The notes under the pieces were generated by a model. The model made no database searches. It was not told the DNA's origin and saw only the letters and a list, made by a program, of their open reading frames with translations. A stretch of 40,636 nt of DNA. Source: a virus (Duplodnaviria; Caudoviricetes). The translations under genes were made by a program, and so were the position numbers. The stretch lies in the IMG/VR virus record IMGVR_UViG_3300017937_000055, positions 1 to 40,636 of that record; one strand, 5' to 3'. Below, in pieces: positions 36,365-40,636 of the stretch (position 1 is the stretch's first letter; the number at the start of each line of letters is the position of its first letter).

Positions 36365-36445
36365 AAAAAATGCCGGCGGTCGGAGGTTGGTGCGTCCTCA
36401 GAGGGTGACCGCCGGCGTCCACCCGTGCGTATCGAGTGTGGACTG
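36365..36445 (-). ncRNA. Putative sRNA unit A
   Basis: AUACGC-loop hairpin, then 10-bp stem with a 25-nt loop and U6; two TTGACG upstream. Confidence 0.55.
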
Positions 36446-36542
36446 ATTTTCTGCTGCGTCCGTCAATGCGTCAATTGCCGTTCTCTTCATCACAAAGGAT
36501 GACGGGCTGGACCTCCCGTCCAAATGCGCTGTGCGGAAGAGG

Positions 36543-36620
36543 AAAAACGCCGGCGGCGCAGGGCAAACTTGGGGGCTTGTCGGCCGCCGGCGGTGCACCC
36601 GGGCGTATTCAGGTGCGACT
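36543..36620 (-). ncRNA. Putative sRNA unit B (paralog of A)
   Basis: AUACGC-loop hairpin, then 10-bp stem with a different 25-nt loop and U5; two TTGACG upstream. Confidence 0.55.
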
Positions 36621-36694
36621 TGAGCTTCAGCCCCGTCAAAAATCGCGTCAATTAAAATTTATAATTCCAACACTCTGACATCAAAGGTGATCCC

Positions 36695-37381
36695 ATGGAC
36701 CTCTCGTTCAAGGGCGCTGTCGTGCGCCTGAGCGATACCGACCTGCCGCGCATCGGATACGGGATCGGGGTAGGCGAGGACGAAATTCATGCCTTCCTCG
36801 ATGTCGAGACGGCCGGCGGCGGCTATGATGCTGAGGGCCGGCCGAAGATGCTGTTCGAGCCGCATGTGTTCTTCCGCAACCTTGCCGGCAAGGAACGGGA
36901 TCGTGCCGTTGCCGCCGGGATCGCATATGCCAGATGGGGCGAGAAGCCTTATCCGAAGGACAGCTATCCTCGTCTGGTGCAGGCCATCGCCATCAATGAG
37001 GCGGCGGCGCTCAAATCCGCATCGTGGGGCATCGGCCAGGTGTTGGGCGAGAACTTCGTTGCCGCCGGCTTTGCCTCACCGGAGGATATGGTTACGGCCA
37101 TGGTCAATGGCGGTGAGGCGGCGCAGCTTCAGGCGGCCGTGAACTTCATCAAGGCCGAGCATCTCGACGATGAGCTGCGCAACCATCAATGGGCGGCCTT
37201 CGCGCGCGGCTACAACGGCCCCGGATACGCGAAGAACGGCTATGACAAGAAACTCGCCGCCCGCTTCGCCTGGTGGCAGGGCAAGCCCGACACGCCATGG
37301 TCACCGCCCAGCGCGGCCGATCTCGACGCGGCGGCGAAGGCGAGCATCTGCACGAGCTGCGGTAAGGCGCTGGCTGTATGA
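36695..37381 (+). CDS. Endolysin, DUF3380-type N-acetylmuramidase
   Basis: VET..G, LFEPHVF, SASWGIGQVLGEN, FARGYNGPGY. Confidence 0.9.
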   Translation: MDLSFKGAVVRLSDTDLPRIGYGIGVGEDEIHAFLDVETAGGGYDAEGRPKMLFEPHVFFRNLAGKERDRAVAAGIAYARWGEKPYPKDSYPRLVQAIAINEAAALKSASWGIGQVLGENFVAAGFASPEDMVTAMVNGGEAAQLQAAVNFIKAEHLDDELRNHQWAAFARGYNGPGYAKNGYDKKLAARFAWWQGKPDTPWSPPSAADLDAAAKASICTSCGKALAV

Positions 37382-37386
37382 GCGAA

Positions 37387-37794
37387 TTAAGACACGCCCA
37401 ACAGGTTCGAAAGCTCGCCAATCAGTTCGTCTTTAGAGGGCTCGAAGAGCGAATCGAGAATTGATCTCATGCTTTTTCGAGCAATGATCTCATTGACCTT
37501 TTCGGTTGGTATGATCGGGTCAAACTGACATCGCACCACATGGTCATCGCGCGCCACCAGGTAGCACCCGATCAGTTCCGCGGGTATATCCGCGTCAAAC
37601 TGCATGTAGAAAAAATCTGGAACGGTTTTCGTCATTCCAAGATCGATGGAAGCCCCGTCCTCCGATATAGTCTGCAACGGGAACGTGGCCGAATGCACTT
37701 CGCGAATTCCTCGTGTGGGATAGATCAACTGCACCAGGAAATTCACCTCACGTCTAGGCCATTTCCGTCTTTCAACTCGCGTCGCCCGTGCCAT
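37387..37794 (-). CDS. PilZ-domain protein (moron)
   Basis: ERRKWPR (RxxxR) and TISEDGA (variant of D/NxSxxG). Confidence 0.75.
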   Translation of the reverse strand: MARATRVERRKWPRREVNFLVQLIYPTRGIREVHSATFPLQTISEDGASIDLGMTKTVPDFFYMQFDADIPAELIGCYLVARDDHVVRCQFDPIIPTEKVNEIIARKSMRSILDSLFEPSKDELIGELSNLLGVS

Positions 37795-38061
37795 GTGGGA
37801 AGTCCTTATTTACTGCTTTTTTTACCAGAGTGTCCCGAATACATTTCAGGTGCGTTTATAATACTGGCTGCATTTTAACGACCAAGACATCAAACTGCTG
37901 AAGATCAGCAGCTCGTCGCTTCACCTGCGCATTCCGCGCCCTGATCTCAAACAGGAAGCTCCCTACGCGCATGCTGCTTTTCGCGGCCTGAACCTTTTTG
38001 CACTTTCTGCAAAGATCCCGCGCGCGCCGGGTCAGCGCGTAATCTCAAAAGGAAAATCCCC

Positions 38062-38445
38062 ATGAAACGACTGTTCGCGAGCCTCGCGCTCGCCACGGTG
38101 CTGCTTGTCCCTGCCGGATGCGCAAAGCTCACCGAAATCCTCAATACACCGGTTCCCGCCGGAACGCTGGAGGGGCTTGTCACGACCGCCAACGCAGCGA
38201 TCACGACTGCGGACGGCTATATCGCCTATTGCATGCCGAATCCGGCACCGGCCGGTTGCGACGACAGCTTTATCCAGAACCAAGTCTTTCCGGATGTCGA
38301 AAAGCTGAAATCGGCCCGGAACAACGCGCAGTCATGGATAAAGGCCAACAACGGCAAAACGCTGGCTCCGGCCACGATCTACGATGCGCTGAACACAGCC
38401 CTCAACACCGTCAAGAACCTTGGACTCGCAGGAGCGAAGAAATGA
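38062..38445 (+). CDS. Lipoprotein of the lysis module (possible o-spanin role)
   Basis: Signal peptide ending LLVPAG-C; AAGGA RBS. Confidence 0.6.
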   Translation: MKRLFASLALATVLLVPAGCAKLTEILNTPVPAGTLEGLVTTANAAITTADGYIAYCMPNPAPAGCDDSFIQNQVFPDVEKLKSARNNAQSWIKANNGKTLAPATIYDALNTALNTVKNLGLAGAKK

Positions 38446-38813
38446 CCACAACCCCGACCACTCTTGAAGTCACGCTTTCCGAAGCAAGCGGTGCGGCGGC
38501 TGCCATTCTGGCGCTCGCGCGACAGATCATCCCACTGCTGCCGAGCATTCCGAACGGAGTCGGCATGGTTCTCACGGCGCTGGAAAGCGCGCTGCCGCTT
38601 ATGACCGATCAGATCCCGATGCTCTACCAGGAGATCAAGACCCTGATCGAAGACTTCAAGTCCAAGGGTGCTGCTACTGCAGATCAGATCGCAACTGCCG
38701 ATGCTCTTATCGCTCAGGTCGATGCGCATTGGGCTGCGACCAAAAGTGCGTACCTCGCCAACCATCCGGCACGCGCTGGAGGTGCGGCCACGGACCCTCA
38801 GAAAGCGGCGTAA
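38442..38813 (+). CDS. Hypothetical lysis-region protein
   Basis: ATGA-coupled, AGGAG RBS, 123 aa. Confidence 0.6.
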   Translation: MTTTPTTLEVTLSEASGAAAAILALARQIIPLLPSIPNGVGMVLTALESALPLMTDQIPMLYQEIKTLIEDFKSKGAATADQIATADALIAQVDAHWAATKSAYLANHPARAGGAATDPQKAA

Positions 38814-38887
38814 CGGCGGCGGTGGCTCTGCCATCGCCTACGCCGCTTCATCGGCTCTTCTCGATCGTTCCACCGGAGATCAAATCC

Positions 38888-39115
38888 ATGACTTGGCTCA
38901 ATTCGAACACCTTCCACAACCTGATGTCGCTGATCCTGCTCGTGATCGGCGCTCTCGGCACATTCGACTGGACATCGCTTGGCGCGACACCGGAGACGGC
39001 GGTTCACATCGTCAGCGCTCTCGCGCTCATCACAAGCGTTCTCAAGCTTGTGGTGAACGTCTCGCGTGATGGCGTCACAGGGCTGGTGAAGCCCCAGCCG
39101 CCGGTAAAGCAGTGA
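38888..39115 (+). CDS. Putative holin (2 TM)
   Basis: GGAG RBS; two hydrophobic helices; C-terminal RDGVTGLVKPQPPVK. Confidence 0.65.
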   Translation: MTWLNSNTFHNLMSLILLVIGALGTFDWTSLGATPETAVHIVSALALITSVLKLVVNVSRDGVTGLVKPQPPVKQ

Positions 39116-39216
39116 ACGACGATCATCGCGAGGCCTTTCGCGACCTCTTCTGGCCGTGCCTGCTCTTTCTTGTGGCCGGCACGGCCTTCTTCATAGCCGC
39201 GCTCTTCGTCGGCTGA
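39112..39216 (+). CDS. 34-aa single-TM peptide (not in ORF track)
   Basis: MNDDHREAFRDLFWPCLLFLVAGTAFFIAALFVG; GTGA overlap with holin stop. Confidence 0.45.
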   Translation: MNDDHREAFRDLFWPCLLFLVAGTAFFIAALFVG

Positions 39217-39241
39217 ATTCAGTGCATGAAAGGGCCGGTGG

Positions 39242-39580
39242 ATGCTGACTGGAGACATCACCTGGGGCGACATCACGACAGTGGCCGCAATCGTAGCTGC
39301 TGCATTCGCGGTATGGTGGAGGATTGAAAGCCGCGCTGATCAGGTCGGGGACGATGCCGAGAAGTCGGCCAATACGGCCCATGCGGCGGCGTCGCTCGCC
39401 CTTACGCAGCTCGCCGAATACAAGACCCATGTGGCCGAAACCTACATCACCAAGGCCGGCATGAAGGAAACGACTGATCAGATACTCGGGGCGGTTCACG
39501 GAGTGAAGTCGGACGTGCACGGTCTCAATGAGCGCATCGACCGCATCTTGGAAAACCGCCCGCGAACCGGGCGAAGTTGA
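39242..39580 (+). CDS. Membrane-anchored coiled-coil lysis-region protein
   Basis: N-terminal TM then coiled coil; last gene before the terminator. Confidence 0.65.
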   Translation: MLTGDITWGDITTVAAIVAAAFAVWWRIESRADQVGDDAEKSANTAHAAASLALTQLAEYKTHVAETYITKAGMKETTDQILGAVHGVKSDVHGLNERIDRILENRPRTGRS

Positions 39581-39610
39581 TCGCGCACCGTACTTCCATT
39601 CCCGTATGTT

Positions 39611-39642
39611 GCCCCGCCGCCTTTGGGTGGCGGGGCCTTTTT
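39611..39642 (+). terminator. Rho-independent terminator of the late operon
   Basis: GCCCCGCCGCC-TTTG-GGTGGCGGGGC then CTTTTT. Confidence 0.8.
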
Positions 39643-39709
39643 GCGTGCGGAGCAATTCCGCCGATTTCCCTTTGTACCGCATGGTGGCGATAGGCGCCCC
39701 CGTGAGGCA

Positions 39710-40636
39710 TCACTTCTTTCCCGGCAATGCCTTCGGCTTAAAGGCTTCGATTGCCGCGGCGGCTTGTTTAGCGGCTATCTGGCCTTGGCTGACCTTCGTG
39801 TTCAGATATTTTGGAAGCCCGACAGTCAGATACGTTTTCCTTAGCCACTTTCGAAATTCGCCCAAGGCGTCGTCTGGGTAGCAATATGCGGGCTGAGGGT
39901 TGGAAAGAGCCTGGGGGAAGTACGTAGGATAATTGTGATCATATTGGCGGCGTTCTCCGTAGATTATCTCCAGGCTGTTTTCCTTCCAATATTTTGCCCA
40001 TGCGGAGCCGACGCTGATGTCCGGGATGAATTTATTCCCTAAATTCGCACCCTGCCGGATCATAGTCACTAAGACCTCCGCAATTTCCTTGAATACGGAG
40101 AAGTAGCCATCCGGAACAGTGTGGTAGGACAGGGACACGCGATCGTGAAACTGGCGCCATGCGATATCGACGGCACCTGTTGGATTGTATCCGACTTGGG
40201 AATAGATGAAGTCTTGGAAGCCTTTACGGGCAAGAGTCCGATAACTTTTCAACGCTTGGGCTTGGTTCGCCGTATTCGCTTCGAATGCATAGTATTCGAG
40301 GATCGCCATACAGACGACATCCGGAACAATGTGCTGAATGACCCCATCTTTCTCGAGAGCCCAGAAGGCAACTGTGTCGTCTCCGCCATTTTCGCGGATG
40401 ATTTCGCGGATGCGCTTTTCCCGTGGTTTCAACGGTTCATCAAGCCACTGTGCTGTGATCCTCACAATCATGGAATGGTCTACGCCGCACATCAGAGCGA
40501 GGCCACGAAGGGTGAGATAAGGAGTGCCATTGCTCAGCACGCCCATTCCGACGCCGTCGCGCTCTGTTTCAAGTACGATCGAAAAGTCGAACTGGCCCTG
40601 TGATGAGGCGGTGCTCGGGAGATTGTCGTTTGACAT
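39710..40636 (-). CDS. bstA: BstA-family abortive-infection phage defence protein
   Basis: 308 aa; MGVL.NGTPYLTLRGLA..CG, PDVVCMAILEYYA, YFSVFKEIA, SVG..W.KYW, YP..ALGEFRKWL match my recollection of Salmonella BTP1 BstA; position at prophage end after lysis genes. Confidence 0.85.
   Translation of the reverse strand: MSNDNLPSTASSQGQFDFSIVLETERDGVGMGVLSNGTPYLTLRGLALMCGVDHSMIVRITAQWLDEPLKPREKRIREIIRENGGDDTVAFWALEKDGVIQHIVPDVVCMAILEYYAFEANTANQAQALKSYRTLARKGFQDFIYSQVGYNPTGAVDIAWRQFHDRVSLSYHTVPDGYFSVFKEIAEVLVTMIRQGANLGNKFIPDISVGSAWAKYWKENSLEIIYGERRQYDHNYPTYFPQALSNPQPAYCYPDDALGEFRKWLRKTYLTVGLPKYLNTKVSQGQIAAKQAAAAIEAFKPKALPGKK

Larger units (their letters stand above)
1..40636. mobile_element. Temperate prophage (siphovirus-like), boundaries extend beyond the window
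   Basis: Integrase, repressor switch, replication, packaging, head, tail and lysis modules in canonical order. Confidence 0.95.

Noticed and set aside
36237-36652. CRISPR array
   Set aside because: Only two diverged units, no identical regularly spaced repeats, no cas genes
39580-39710. attR core
   Set aside because: No duplicated core or tRNA fragment matching the left end is visible within the window

Overview
The window is one temperate siphovirus-type prophage (HK97-fold head, lambda-like tail), probably from a Rhizobiales/Alphaproteobacterial host. It runs from the integrase stop codon (base 1) to the start codon of a BstA-like defence gene (base 40636); att sites are not visible. Gene order: integrase and excisionase-like gene; leftward early genes; a secondary immunity-like cassette (two divergent ribbon-helix-helix genes, an antisense hairpin region and a Rha/antirepressor gene); a cI/cro switch with operators on both sides; replication genes (ParB-N, an HTH initiator with 3 iterons, a frameshifted SF2 helicase, a primase); an RNA-rich island (structured region, tRNA-Met, a damaged tRNA-Arg, an AbcR-like sRNA); HNH, terminase, head and tail genes with a -1 frameshift chaperone; and a lysis region with reverse-strand morons. 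The most unusual signals are: a proteasome-beta/Ntn-hydrolase-like domain fused to the first of three tandem tail-tip modules that share an ungapped 19-residue motif; two homologous minus-strand sRNA-like units with a conserved scaffold and different 25-nt loops upstream of the endolysin; the phage-borne AbcR-like sRNA; and the P22 immI-like cassette beside a repressor that appears unable to self-cleave. All calls come from manual motif reading; no searches were run.
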